This document shows, one piece after another, positions 40,810 to 53,269 of a stretch of DNA of 64,000 nucleotides. Source of the DNA: Camelus dromedarius (lineage: Eukaryota); NCBI RefSeq assembly GCF_036321535.1, contig NC_087437.1, positions 114,702,001 to 114,766,000 on the forward strand. Direction: 5' to 3'. Position numbers and translations under genes: made by a program. The notes beneath the pieces are model-generated. The model did no database searches. It had not been told where the DNA came from and was given only the letters and a program-made list of their open reading frames with translations. Each line of letters begins with the position of its first letter. The first letter of the stretch is position 1.

Positions 40810-41510
40810 GAGTACAGTCCTGAGACAGAAGCTACCCGTTATTTCAACAGAGTAAATACAAGGAATTGTTAACCAGGATAGTAGGAGGTGATTACTGAAA
40901 AAGGTAGAAGAGGACAGTAGATACCCAGAACTAGCAGACAGAAAAGAGCAGCTGTTACCTCTAGGTTGAAAAGAGTAGACAATAAAGGACCTGGGAGAGG
41001 GCCCCTGGTCCCCAAAGTCGGAAATTCAGCTCTCTTTGTAGAGGTCATGACCAGCGCAGGAACAGGCTACCTGTTGTGGCAAGAAACTTGCCAGGAGGCC
41101 TGTCCAGTTTGGGTCTGTAGATGGGGCCTGCCTTTGGCCAGGGAGTCGGCTGACTTGGGCTGGAGCTGTTCTGCAGAGGAGACCTGACTTTGCCCAAGGG
41201 TGTGAGTATGTTGGAACTAGTTTCTGTTGCTAGAGGTCCTGGGCTGCTGGAGCCAGCAGCAGACCATGGGAGGGAAAAGCGTGGACTGAGCACAGCTGGA
41301 GTTCCTCTGGGAGGCCATGGGCTCTGGCCAGATAAAAATGGAGTACCAGACCTGAAGGGCCTGTGTCGTGCTGCTCTCCCCTGGTAGGTTCCTTTCCCTG
41401 TTGACCCAGTGTAACTTTCCTCAGGCAAAGGATAAATTTTGACAGGATTAAGCTCCACTATCACAAAGAAGAGTGAATTTGAACCTGAAGACAGTAAATC
41501 AATAATTGAC
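40810..41510. mobile_element. Possible old ERVL-type LTR interrupting an L1
   Basis: Block richer in GC than its surroundings, flanked by contiguous L1 ORF2-like sequence (AAAATCAATAAA ... AAAGTTTGTTCTTTGATAAGATC). Confidence 0.4.
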
Positions 41511-41514
41511 ACAG

Positions 41515-43385
41515 TCGAAAAGCCCAAAGTTTGTTCTTTGATAAGATCAATGAAGTCTGTAAGCATCTGGGGAGACTAAGGAAAAAAAGGAGAAAAGCAG
41601 TAATCATATCAGTAATGAAAAGGAGGACATTACTACAGATCTACAGACAGAAAAACATCAAAGGGATAGCGTGAATATGTTTCTTTACCATTTAAGATAT
41701 GGATAATATTTCTTTGAAATTGAATCACATTTTAAATTCATATTAAATTCAGACATTTAAGGAAGTGGTGGCACTAGTCTTACCCAGTCATTCAAGGTTT
41801 TAAGAGACCGTATAACTTCGGTAGTGAACTCATGAATGCATTACAAGAAAGAAAATTTATGTCAATGTCTCTCATGATCAAGATATAAAATCTTAATTGA
41901 ATAGCAGATACCATCCAGTGACATGCAAAAAGGATAATATGTTAAAACTAAGTGGATTGTATTCCAGGGTGGCGTGAGTGGTTTTTAATATTCGGAAATC
42001 AATGTAATTCATCACACTGATGTTAAAGAAGAAAAATCTCATGGTTGTTTTCATAGGTACAGCAAAAACACTTGATAAACCACAATACCCATTTGTGATT
42101 TGGGGGAAAAAAAAGGAACTCTTTCAAAACCAATAGCAGAAGGACATGTTAGCAATTCAAAGTATTTACGAAAAAACACCAGTTCCTGATGGTGAATTGT
42201 TGATGGCTTTCCTCTTAAGAATGAGAATGAGAATGAGATAAGGATATTAGCTATTTAGTCACCATTGTTCTTAAGGAAATAACCAGTACAGATAAGCCCC
42301 CCCCAAAAAAGTTCTAAGGATTGGAAAGGAATAAATTGTTTTCTGTAGATGACAGTATCAAGTATATAGAAAGTCCAAAATAATCTGCAAAGTAATACAG
42401 ATTCTAAGGTTGCTGGGTGAGAAGTATTCAGAAATCAGTTGTATTTCCGTTTACCAGCAGCAACAACAGAACAGAACATGAGATTTTTAAAAATTCGTAC
42501 GTAATAACATCAAAAAAATCAAGTGCTTTGGAGTAAATAGAATATGCAAAGACCTCAATATACTGAAAACGATGCAACATTGTGGAGTAAAATTTCAAAT
42601 CTAAATAAATAGGTATACTGAGTTCATGAGGAGTTGGTAAGCTGAATATTATAAAATGTCAGTTTTTCTCCTAAATAGCTAAATACAATTCCAGTTAAAA
42701 AAAAATTCCAGCAGGTGTGAATGGGTGTCACTATTAATAGGCTTATTTTAAACTTTATGTGCAAAGTAAGAAGACCAAAGATAGTTAAGACAATAATTAA
42801 AGAACAACAAATCTAGAGGATCTATGCTACTAAATATCAACACTTAAATAGCTGTAGTTATATATATATATGTATATGTATACCTGAATCACTTTGCTGT
42901 ACACCTGAAACATTATAAATCAACTATATTTCAATTTAAAAAGCTATAGTGACTAATAAAGTGTGGTATTAATGAAAATATAGTCTAGAGAAACAGAATA
43001 GAGAAACCTAAATCTCCACTTTTTATACATATAGTCAGCTGATTTATGAAAGGTTTTATTATAGTGTAGTGGGAAAATGATCATCTTTCTAAAAATGCTG
43101 GGTCAGTTCCCTGTATAGATAAAGTGAACTTTTCAACGTCTACCTCTCACATGAAGCAAAAAATCCCAAATGGGTTTCAGACCTAAAAGAGAAAGGCAAA
43201 AATGAAGTGAAAACCAGAGTACTTTAGTTTGGTAAGATGTACAGCAGTGGGAGCTCCTGTACATTGTTGATGGGGGTGAAAATTGTTGATCATTTTTGAA
43301 AACCATGAGACTATTGAGTAAAGCTGAACATCAGTGTCCACCCCTGTGACCCTTCAGTTCCACTCCTGGGTATATTTTCCACAGG
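41515..43385 (+). mobile_element. Degenerate L1 ORF2 fragment
   Basis: A-rich ORF2-like phrases (GACATTACTACAGATCTACAGAC; TTGATAAACCACAATACCCATT). Confidence 0.75.
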
Positions 43386-44194
43386 ATGGGTGCAGTCTCA
43401 TGGATTGAAGAACAGAGGTGATGAGGAAGAATTGAAAAAGTGATAGGAGAAGCATGTTTGGGAGGGAGAATGAAGTGTTCTTATTTGGATGTTTATGTGT
43501 TATAGTGATAATGGGGCTTCCTGGTGGGGAAAAATAGGGACAGTGAGTGGGGATAGATATGTCTAATATTAATCTGTCAGTACAAAATTTGAAGTCTTGA
43601 TTTTTAAAAGCTGTATTTTAAATTTAAAATGTTACACTGTATCTTGTGTGTGCGCACAGTAGGTGCTTAACTCATTAACAAGTGCTTTCTTGGTTGTGGC
43701 CCTAGTCATATTTATCTCAATAGGTACTGTTGATTTGCCTTTTTTTTTTTTTTTAACTGACATTATTGTAGCAATGTGAAAGTCTTAATTGTGGGACAGA
43801 AGCTATTTTGAAGTACACTTTCTGGTAATGATGGTGTACTTTTATAAACCAAACAGCTGAGTTGTAATTTGTATTGAAGCTCATAAGTTGGTTGGTTGGA
43901 ACCAGAAAGCCTGTGGTTCTCCTTGTAATAGATCTGCAACATTGTTTCTCAACAGAGAACCCAAACTATTAGTATTTGGTGTCTTGTTTCCTAGATGATC
44001 CTGGCTCTGTTATATGAACTTATAAAGGTCCTTATAGAAAATTGCCATTATTTTGAGTTTCTTAATTAACTGTACCTTTTGGCGCTCCCCGTTGTGTTCA
44101 TGTGATCATTACTAGGTTATTTTTTCTCTGTGTTTGGTGAAGATTTTATTTTTATTATTTTTTTCCTTAAATTGATTTTATAATTTTTTTTAAG

Positions 44195-44299
44195 GCTTAC
44201 AATAACAGCACTAGGAGATAAGCTCAATGATTACTGGAATGAAATGAAAGTGAAGAAAAATGCAGAATATCCTCTAAATTTGCCTGTTGAAGATATACA
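44195..44299 (+). CDS. MORC3: MORC3 exon 10 ([18 protein letters not shown]...PVEDI)
   Basis: tttttaag| and |gtaagt. Confidence 0.95.
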
Positions 44300-44370
44300 G
44301 TAAGTACATTTAAAAATAACTGACTGTAATGTCAAGATGTGATATTGGTGGTGATTGTACTGTGTAAACT

Positions 44371-44452
44371 TTTTTTAATGGAGGTACTGGGGATTGAACC
44401 CAGGACCTTGTGCATGCTAAGCATGCACTCTACCACTGATCTATACCACTTC
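44371..44452 (-). mobile_element. tRNA-Ala-derived SINE (short form)
   Basis: TTAATGGAGGTACTGGGGATTGAACCCAGGACC... with flanking GTAAACTTTTT repeats at 44364 and 44466. Confidence 0.9.
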
Positions 44453-45747
44453 TTGCGTAGGGTGCGTAAACTTTTTAATCTAACCCATAGAAATAAATCC
44501 TACGGCTCGAATCAGCACACTGTAAAATGAACGAATGAATATATACATTTACACATATACACAAAAGTCATGAAACAGCATTTACCCATATTTGAAAAAA
44601 ATGCTGGTCTTTACCCATTAAACTGATTTCATGATCCACTGATGGGTTGCATCTTATAGTTTGAAAATTCTGGAGATAGGATCAAGAGTCTAAAGCCAGA
44701 TTTAAGTTTAAATTCTAGTTCTGCTGCTTAAGTGGCTGTGTGACATTGAACATGTTACTTGACCTCTTGTAAGCTTCCATTTTATCATTTGTAAAATGGA
44801 AACAGTAATAGCACTTACCTCCTCAACTTGTAAGAATTAAAGATAAGCACTCAGTAAAGTATATAGTATGTAGTAACAGTCCTCTGAAATGATAACAACT
44901 CAGGGTGCCTATGGAAAGATGTCCAAGATATGTAATGAAAAACAAAAAGGATGCAACTCAGTGTATTAATTTCCTGTTTTTTTTTAAAGTGTCCATATAC
45001 ACATGCATAATTCTATAAGCATAGAAAAAGCCTGCCAGGATTAAAAAAAGTAACAGTAGTAACCTCCTGAAACAAGGAGTTTATGTTTACTTTACAAATT
45101 TCTGGATTGTTTGTTTTTTTTTTAATAAAATGTGTAAATGCATTTTTTTTAAACTAGAGTTAAAATTATTGGTATTAAGATGAAGTCGTTAAATGAGTCT
45201 ACATAAATTCTTTTCAGGATCATTGTAATTTTCAAATGATAAACATATGAAAGCCTTTTATAAACTAAAAGAATGTACAAATTTGGGTTATTCAGAGAGA
45301 TGCTATCATAGAGTTAAAATGTCATGCAATTATAAAAATTGCTTAAATTGTAATACAACTTGCCTATTTTCTGTACTTGACTAGTTTATTGTGTTAATAA
45401 ATGTATTAGATTTGACACTGCAGGTGCTAACTGAATATAAATTTCAGAGCAAGGCGTTTGTATTATTTTCTTAGGTTTGAGTTTTTATTATGAAACAAAT
45501 TTAACAGTATGCTATTAAACAAGATATTTAAGTATCTTTGTTTAAATTGGTCTGTCACCTTTAACCTTCGAAGGTAACCAGAATTGTTTTTAAAAACTTA
45601 ACTTACTGACCAACATAAATAGTTATGTCACGGAATTTTCAGGGACAGAGTTAAATAAAAGGGGCACTTTGTGGTAGAAATGATATGGAAGGTCTAATGA
45701 AGTACTTAGATCCTATTTCCATGCTAATATTTGTTATTTTGTTACAG

Positions 45748-45870
45748 GAAACGTCCTGATCAGACATGGGTTCAATGTGATTCCTGTCTAAAGTGGCGAA
45801 AATTACCAGATGGGATAGATCAACTTCCAGAAAAATGGTATTGCTCCAATAACCCTGACCCACAGTTCAG
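45748..45870 (+). CDS. MORC3: MORC3 exon 11, CW zinc finger ([20 protein letters not shown]...[11 protein letters not shown])
   Basis: gttacag| and |gtacca. CW-domain Trp/Cys pattern. Confidence 0.97.
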
Positions 45871-45976
45871 GTACCATATAGTTGGTAGTACCCTTTTGGG
45901 AAAGGCAGAAAGTACTATTCAGGATGTATGAATAGGCGCTGGTGACGTGTTATTCCCATGTGATTTTTCTGATTAG

Positions 45977-46051
45977 AAGTTGTGATGTTCCAGAAGAACC
46001 TGAAGATGAAGATTTGGTGCATCCCACTTATGAGAAAACCTACAAAAAGAA
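45977..46051 (+). CDS. MORC3: MORC3 exon 12 ([23 protein letters not shown])
   Basis: gattag| and |gtgagt. Supplies the 4th Cys of the CW finger. Confidence 0.94.
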
Positions 46052-47059
46052 GTGAGTGTTGTATTAATGTATGGTGGGAGAATAATACCCAAACTTCAGC
46101 AGTGATGTGTATGCAGCATTAGTTGATGCTTCTCCAAAATAAACTTAGTACAGCCAAAAAAGGTTATGACCCCTCCAAAAAAAGATTATGATGTGGAGTG
46201 CATCACATTGAGTGCTTTTTAAGTTTATACTGTGGAAACCTGCTGTTTTTTCACCTGCTCTTTATTGCTGTCCTATCTGCAAGAAAGATATTTTGCATAT
46301 CCAGTATAATATTTGTCTTTGAACTGCACACAGATGAATCATAAGTGAATACAGCCCTTTATGAGCTTATAGTCTAACAGGGAAAATGAGACGTGTATTA
46401 CCAATTAGAAGTTGATGACTACCATAAAAGGCACCGTCCAGTCCTGTTAGGAAGCCTGTAAGGAGAAATTATTTCTGGCTGGGGATGGAAAAATGGATAA
46501 GGAAAATTTATGAAGGACATTTGGTAATAGGCCTTGAAGGGTGGGTAGGATTGGGTAGGAAACAATGATTTGTTCAGCTTAATTAAAGTAAATATGTGAT
46601 GTGCATAATGGAAGATAGAGGTGAGAGAGAGAAAGCTGGGTAATGATAGTGAACCATGGTGAACATTAAGCCAGCATACTGCACACGGAAGGCTGAGTTC
46701 ACAAAAACCATCCTCCATATGGTTTTGATTTACAGTGCACTGTTTTTGAAGATAAATCCAGTAGCAGGATTAGAAGTAAAGAAACCAGTTAGAAAGTGTG
46801 ATACCCTTCTTCAAAGTCTGAGAATAATGCTGGTGGGTATGGAGAGTTTGAGGCAGACATCAGGGTGTAACTGAGATGAGATGGGAATTAGTCCCCTGCC
46901 TAGGGCTTACCACTGATTATAATGAAATTGAAGCAGAGGTCAGTTAACATTATCTGAGTGACTTAGTTGTGAAATGGCAAGTATGTCCTTGGAAAACAAT
47001 TAAAAATAATAATGCAATAAATTTAAATATGTTTCTTTTTTCTTTCCTTTTTTTTTAAG

Positions 47060-47105
47060 AGACAAAGAAAAATTCAGGATCAGGCAACTTGAAACAATTC
47101 CTCGG
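47060..47105 (+). CDS. MORC3: MORC3 exon 13 (DKEKFRIRQLETIPR)
   Basis: Poly-T aag| and |gtaatt. Phases fit both neighbours. Confidence 0.9.
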
Positions 47106-47239
47106 GTAATTAAGCCTTCCACTTTATAGCTGTGTCTTATCTTGGGTTGTAATTAATTTAACAAATACTCAATGTTAAGCTTGGGAGTTAACATAACGAA
47201 TTGAAGCAATCTCGTTCATTCAGTTCACATTCTGTCTCT

Positions 47240-47797
47240 CTTTTTTTTTTAATTTTAGTATAGTTGATTTACAATATTGTGTTAGTTTCTGGTATATAGC
47301 AGTGATTGAGTTTTTTATATATGTGTGTGTGTGTGTGTGTGTGTATATATTCTTTTTCATTATGGGTTATTACAAGATATTGAATATAGTGCCCTGTTTG
47401 CATATCCCATATAATATTTGTCTTTGAACTGCACACAGATGAATCGTAAGTGAATACTGCCCTTTATGAGCTTATAGTCTAACAGGGAAAATGAGACATG
47501 TGTATTACCAATTACCTGGATATACCATAGGACCTATCAGCAGGATAATATCTGCTAATCCCAAACTCCTAATTTACCCTTCTCCACCTTTCTCCTTTGA
47601 CAACCATAAATTTGTTTTCTATATTTGTGAGTGTTTCTATTTTGTAAATTCATTTGTGTCATATTTTAGATTCCACATATAAGTGATATCATGATATTTA
47701 TCTTTGTCTGACTTCCTTATTATGATAATCTCTGGTTCCATCCATGTTGCTGCAGAAGGCATTATTTGATTCTTTTTTATGGCTGAGTAATATTCCA

Positions 47798-47839
<42 letters not shown>

Positions 47840-47973
47840 TGTGTACGTGTGTACGTGTGTACGTGTGTACATACACATACACCACTTCTGTAGGTTGCCT
47901 TTTCATTTAGTTTATGATTTCCTTTGCTGTGCAAAAGCTTTTAAGTTTAATTAGGTCCCATTTGTTCATTTTA
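47240..47973 (-). mobile_element. Rearranged L1 3' end containing a local templated insertion and microsatellites
   Basis: Minus-strand ORF QMEYYSAIKKNQIMPSAATWME, with an internal jump to the ORF2 region at ~47885. Confidence 0.85.
47800..47870 (+). repeat. (TG)n microsatellite grading into (GTGTGTAC)n
   Basis: Directly visible. Other TG/CA tracts lie at ~47322-47344 and ~37743-37770. Confidence 0.93.
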
Positions 47974-48292
47974 TATCTCTGTTGCTTATCTATATTATAC
48001 ATAGTAGTTTATGTCTTAATCCCATACCCCTATCTTTCTTAATGCTTAATGCTTTCGGAGTGTATGAGTAGGTAGTTGTACTTCTTGTGTAAGTTTTGGT
48101 CTGCTGCAGATGGGTATGTGTGCTTGTAATTACACTGAAGTGTTTTCTTGTATAAAGACTGAGGGTTTGAGGATGAGAACAGAACTGGGAGAAAAGAATA
48201 GTGGGCTCACTTTGGTTTTTAAAGGCAGTATCTTTATTTATTTTCAATTTCTTTCCATTAGAAAAATAAGTTTTTATTATATCTCTATAAGC

Positions 48293-48384
48293 TTTTTTTT
48301 TTTTTTAATGGAGGTATTGGATTTTGAACTCAGGACCTCTTGCATGCTAAGCATGTGCTCTGCCACTGAGCTGCTACCCTCCCC
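48293..48384 (-). mobile_element. tRNA-Ala-derived SINE (short form)
   Basis: Poly-T followed by the consensus. Perfect TSD ATCTCTATAAG at 48281-48291 and 48385-48395. Confidence 0.92.
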
Positions 48385-48409
48385 ATCTCTATAAGTTCTA
48401 TATATAGTC

Positions 48410-48560
48410 CAGGGTCAGCAAATCTTTCTATAAAAGGCCAAGTAGTAAATATTTTAGGCTTTGTGGACCACATACAGTCTCTGTGGAATATTTTCTTTCT
48501 TTGTTTTCTTCATGCCTTTGAAAATTCTTAGCTCATTTGCAGACTGGATTTGGTTCAGGT
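48410..48560. mobile_element. MER58-like DNA transposon fragment
   Basis: CAGGGTCAGCAAATC...AAAGGCCAAGTAGTAAATATTTTAGGCTTTGTGG. Confidence 0.75.
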
Positions 48561-48697
48561 GACAATGACTTTATGTGCTTAGGGTGATTCTCAGTGCCTT
48601 CTGGGATAAGGGGATATGAGAAATAGTATCTTGTGTTTTAGACATGGCACATTTAAAAAAATTCCTTTAAGAACATTTTTCTTTTTCCCTTCAACAG

Positions 48698-48861
48698 ATT
48701 CCTGCTGAACTATTATTTCCAACAAATCCTGTGTCAAGTCAAAGCTTTTCTCCTGTTAAGGAAAGTATTCCAAGAGGACACCTTTCAGAAGCAGCAAATA
48801 CTTATGCAACAAGACTTATAAATCATCGAGGTTCACCCCAGTCTGAACCTGAGAATAACAG
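48698..48861 (+). CDS. MORC3: MORC3 exon 14 (IPAELLFPTNPVSSQSFSP...SEPENN)
   Basis: tcaacag| and |gtatgg. Confidence 0.92.
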
Positions 48862-51577
48862 GTATGGGGAATGAGTATTAAACACAGCCTTTACGTGACA
48901 CTTCTATGGCAGTAATGTACTTCTAAGTAAGTGTAGTTTATATGCATATAAAAGATCTTAAGGGCACATTACTTTGCTTTTATTGTCTAAACTTACCTCC
49001 GCTTCACTTATGCCACCTATTTAAATCAATTAAAATAGTATTAGTTGTATTCATTGTGGAAGTTATCAACTCTTTGAAATTCTGTATAGTATGAAAATTC
49101 CTACTTTTAAAATTAGCATTATCTGAGTAAAGAAAAACATGAAGTGGTTAAGAATACGATATTGTAACGTCAGATGTGACCCATAAGTTCTTAGTCTAGC
49201 CAGTGCCATGCTGTGTACTTTGGGTAAGTGGATGGAGAAGGAAGAGAGATGTATAAGTGGTGTGAGTTGAATGGTTAGCTCTCTTGACTGGAATGGCCAG
49301 GGAAGGCTTTATGATGAGGTGGTACTTAAGGTGGTTCCTGAAATTCTAAGAGCAGTACTCTGCCCAGGTGGCCCCTTCAAAGGGATTAGAATGAACACAG
49401 GTGAAGAAGAAAGAGCATGATGCCAATAAACTAGTACATCAGACTGACTACATCTGATAGTTGTTGAAAGAGAAACATTGATACAAGATTCTCTGAAATA
49501 GTGGGGTCAGATGTTCTGAGAGGTTTTATAGCCTTCATCAGATTCTCAAAAGAACTTTTGAAGATTCAGAAAAGATTAGAATAACTGCTCATATATATAG
49601 TAAATGTATTGTGTACCTATGTATCAAGGAAAGCATGTTTTTAAATAGTTTGCTCTTTGTAGCCTGCATTTTGAGGATTTGTTTTCTGGTGCATTGCTGT
49701 TTAACTGAGAACATATGTGAATTTTTTTTTAACTCGTCCTCATAATACACTTGGCTTTTCTTTATAAAGATGATTCCAGACAAAGTAAGAGAATCTCTAG
49801 CGTTTATAGACAAGATAATGGAACTTATTTTTAAAATGGAAGAAGAAAATAGAGGGAAATTATTCATTAATTTTTAAAGCCAGCATTCTCAAGTTCATAG
49901 AGCTTAAGTCTCTGGAAAGGTGGTACCTAAAATAAGTCTTAAGAGAGACAAATAGGAATTAGCCTGGTAAGAAAAATAAAAGGGCAACTTCTAATTAAAT
50001 GCTTAACTCCATAGATCCCTAGGCAGTCTCAGAATTTGGTTGGATACTTCTGACGGTAGAAAATAGAGGTGACCACAGGGGCTTGTATGAACATTTAAGG
50101 AAGAGTAGTTCCCTAGACCTCTTTCTTATCTGCAAAGTCCGGCAATGCTGCTTCTCTTTCTCTGACAGAAGGTAGGAAATTTACTTTCTGGAGCAATTTT
50201 TGCTGCTGAAGATGTGAGTGAGCCACTGTTTTGGAAACAGAAGGAGTAAGGGATGAATAACTGAATGATGAGAAATCCTCTCCCTTCATTCCCTCATTGG
50301 GCTCCCCAGAGGCTCCCCAGAGAAAAGCCCTAAACAATGATGACAGCTTGAGCACCCTTGGAATCACACGCTCAGACCTCACTGCTTCCAGTCTGAAATA
50401 TAAATATAGCCAAGGATCCCCAGATGTACAAAAGTGAAACAAAGGGAGTAGATGGAACCATGTGAAATTTATTGGGAGGTGGGTAGATACTGAACAAATA
50501 AATCTCTTAGAAGGAAAAGATACATAGTTGAAAGAAATACATAAGGGGCCAACATCTGAATAAGGAGATTTCAGAATGGGAATCAGAGAACAAAGGGGAG
50601 GAAATAATATAAGAAAGATTTAGTTTATGCTAAATACCCAGCATAATGTCTGGAAAAAGATAAGAAATATCATCATGAAATTTTAGAGCACCTGAGAAGA
50701 GAGGTTTTTTTCCTTCCAGAAAGGAAAAACCCAGGCTACATGCAAGAGATCAGGAATCGGAGTGGGAAGAACAGTGAATGACAGATGACAATGGAATGAT
50801 GCTTTTAAAGTTTTGAGAAAGTGATTTCTAACCTAGAAGTCTATATAAAAATCAAGCCAGCAATGAACTTGAGAGATGAATAAAGATATTTTCATCATGG
50901 AAAATTTCACATTTTTTATGTTGTGTGTACCCTTTCTCAAGATTTTATTGGAGATTATTCCCTCTCCATATAAGAAAGGGGAAACTCTTGAGAAATAAGG
51001 TCTAACACATAAAGTCCAAATAACAAGCCCTCTGAGTGGGGCAAAAAGTAATTAATTGGTGATAAATTCACGGAAAAATTAAGCAGATGAAGAAAGTGAG
51101 GCAATTTTTAATACAGGGGAAATTGTTTTACATGAAAGGATAGGGCATGCAGGTTTACTTTGTGGCTCACCTTGGATCACTGAATGTTGATTAAGAAAAT
51201 ACTGTGGAGGGCAAACTGGAATGGCGGTGCCACTCACTGAGCTCTGGGATTCAAAGAGCAGCCTGGGATGGGTGGTAGCATTCTGTTTGCACATGTGTAC
51301 ACTGAAATGCCGGAGGACATCAAATGAAGAGATGTTTGGCAGTATATGGATCTGATACTTAAGAGGTCTCAATAGTCTGTTTCTTCATCTGTAAAAGGAG
51401 AAAATACTGTCTACTTCATTAAGTCGTTGGGCAGTACTATGAGATACATCATTTAAAAAAAAAATGAACATGGGCATTTCTTAGAATTTCAAGATAGTTA
51501 GATTACTTCAAGGTCATCTATTTTTGTCCATGTCTACATTTTATAATCTTACATTTTATACTTAAAATATTTTCTAG

Positions 51578-52463
51578 CCTGAAACGGAGACTTTCTACTC
51601 GTTCATCAACTTTGAATGCAAAGAATCGAAGATTGAGTAATCAAGCATTTGAAAATTACAAAGATGACGATGATGATGAAGATGTCATCATCTTAGAAGA
51701 AAACAGCACTCCCAAGCCTGCAGTGGATGATGATATTGAAGTGAAATTGCAGCAGAGTCACCTGGAGCAAAGTGGAGTTCAGATCGAGCCTGTGGGTGAC
51801 AGTGAAGCTTGTGGCCAGACTGGTTCAACAGGCACTTCAGCATCCAGGTGCGATCAGGGAACTACTGCAGCCACCCAGACTGAAGTACCAAGTTTAGTGG
51901 TTAAAAAGGAAGAAGCGGTCGAAGATGAGATAGATGTAAGAAATGACACGACTCTACTGCCGCCTTGTGTGGGGGCTGAAGGAAAGACACATGAAACCCA
52001 GGAAACATTTGATAAATCTGCTGGTGATGCTGGTTGCCAGTTAAGTGAACTGAGAAATGAGCTGCTTCTTGTCACCCAAGAGAAAGAAAATTATAAAAGA
52101 CAGTGTCATATGTTTACTGACCAAATCAAAGTGTTACAGCAGAGGCTGCTGGAAATGAACGACAGATACGTGAAGAAGGAAACTTGCCATCAGTCTACTG
52201 AAACTGATGCTGTATTTTTACTTGCAAGTATTAATGGCAAGTCTGAAAGTCCAGACCATATTGTATCCCAGTATCGGCAAGCTTTGGAAGAAATAGAAAG
52301 GCTGAAAAAACAGTGTAGTGCTTTGCAACAAGTAAAGGCTGAATGCAGTCAGTGTTCCAATAGTGAGAATAAAAGTGAGATGGACGAAATGGTTGTGCAG
52401 TTGGATGATGTATTTAGACAGCTGGACAAATGCAGTATTGAGAGGGACCAGTATAAAAGTGAG
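51578..52463 (+). CDS. MORC3: MORC3 exon 15 (large exon: acidic/SIM-like region, SUMO sites, coiled coils)
   Basis: tttctag| and |gtgagt. Corresponds to ORF 51612..52523. Confidence 0.97.
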
Positions 52464-53130
52464 GTGAGTTATATCACTCAGCATAATGGGAGTCATGAGG
52501 ATCCAGGGGTATCTAAATCTTAACTGCTATTGGCTAGATTAGAATAAATCACTTAATATTTCTGTTTATCGACTATCTGCTACTCCACTGGTTCTCACCT
52601 GGAAATGGTCCTCCCTGGGGGCATATGGAAATGTGTAGGACGGTTTTGGAGATGGACATTGCTGGAATTTAATGGATGGGGACCAGGTCTGGTAAATGTC
52701 CTGTAGTGTATAGGACATTGCTGTGCAGTGAGGGACCATCTTTCTCATTCCCACTTAGATGCTTACTTACTAATACCATGGGAGTTCTGTGCCTGTTATT
52801 AATAAGTCTTAAAATAACCATCTGAGGTGGATGGTGATACTTCATTTTACAGATGTATCCTGTATTGGTTATGATCAGGTTCCTTTGCAGGTGACATAAA
52901 ACCTCAAATAATGATAGCAGCTGCACAGCCATCAGAGACACAGGCTCCTACTTTGTTGCTTTGCTTCTCCACCTGCAGTTGTGATCTGAGATGGCCCTTG
53001 GGGCCCAGCCAGCATATAGCTACATTCCAGGTCGCAGGAAAGAGGAAGGTGCGATTCCTAAAAGGTGCTTACATGCCATCTGTCAAAACTTAGTCACCTG
53101 GCCAGTGGATAACTTGGAAATATAGTCTTT

Positions 53131-53269
53131 TTTATTATTATTATTTTTTATTTTAGGGGGTAGGTAATTAGTTTTTTGTTTATTTATTTTAATGGAGGTA
53201 CTGGGGATTGAACCCAGGACCTTGTGCATGCTAAGCATGCACTCTACCACTTGAGCTATATCCTCCCCC
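53131..53269 (-). mobile_element. tRNA-Ala-derived SINE (long-tail form)
   Basis: Intact A/B boxes. TSD TGGAAATRTAGTCTTT at 53115-53130 and 53270-53285. Confidence 0.92.

Noticed and set aside
41045..41566. 173-aa minus-strand ORF
   Set aside because: It spans an L1/LTR-like junction, has no recognisable domain and starts at a non-ATG codon.
44161..44170. TTTTCCTTAA, a U12 branch-like motif before exon 10
   Set aside because: Intron 9 has a U2-type donor (GTATGT) and a poly-T tract, and the motif lacks the final C. It could be a relic at most.
53190..53269. tRNA-Ala(AGC)-like sequences as real tRNA genes
   Set aside because: They have A-rich tails and TSDs, imperfect acceptor stems and multiple diverged copies, so they are SINEs.
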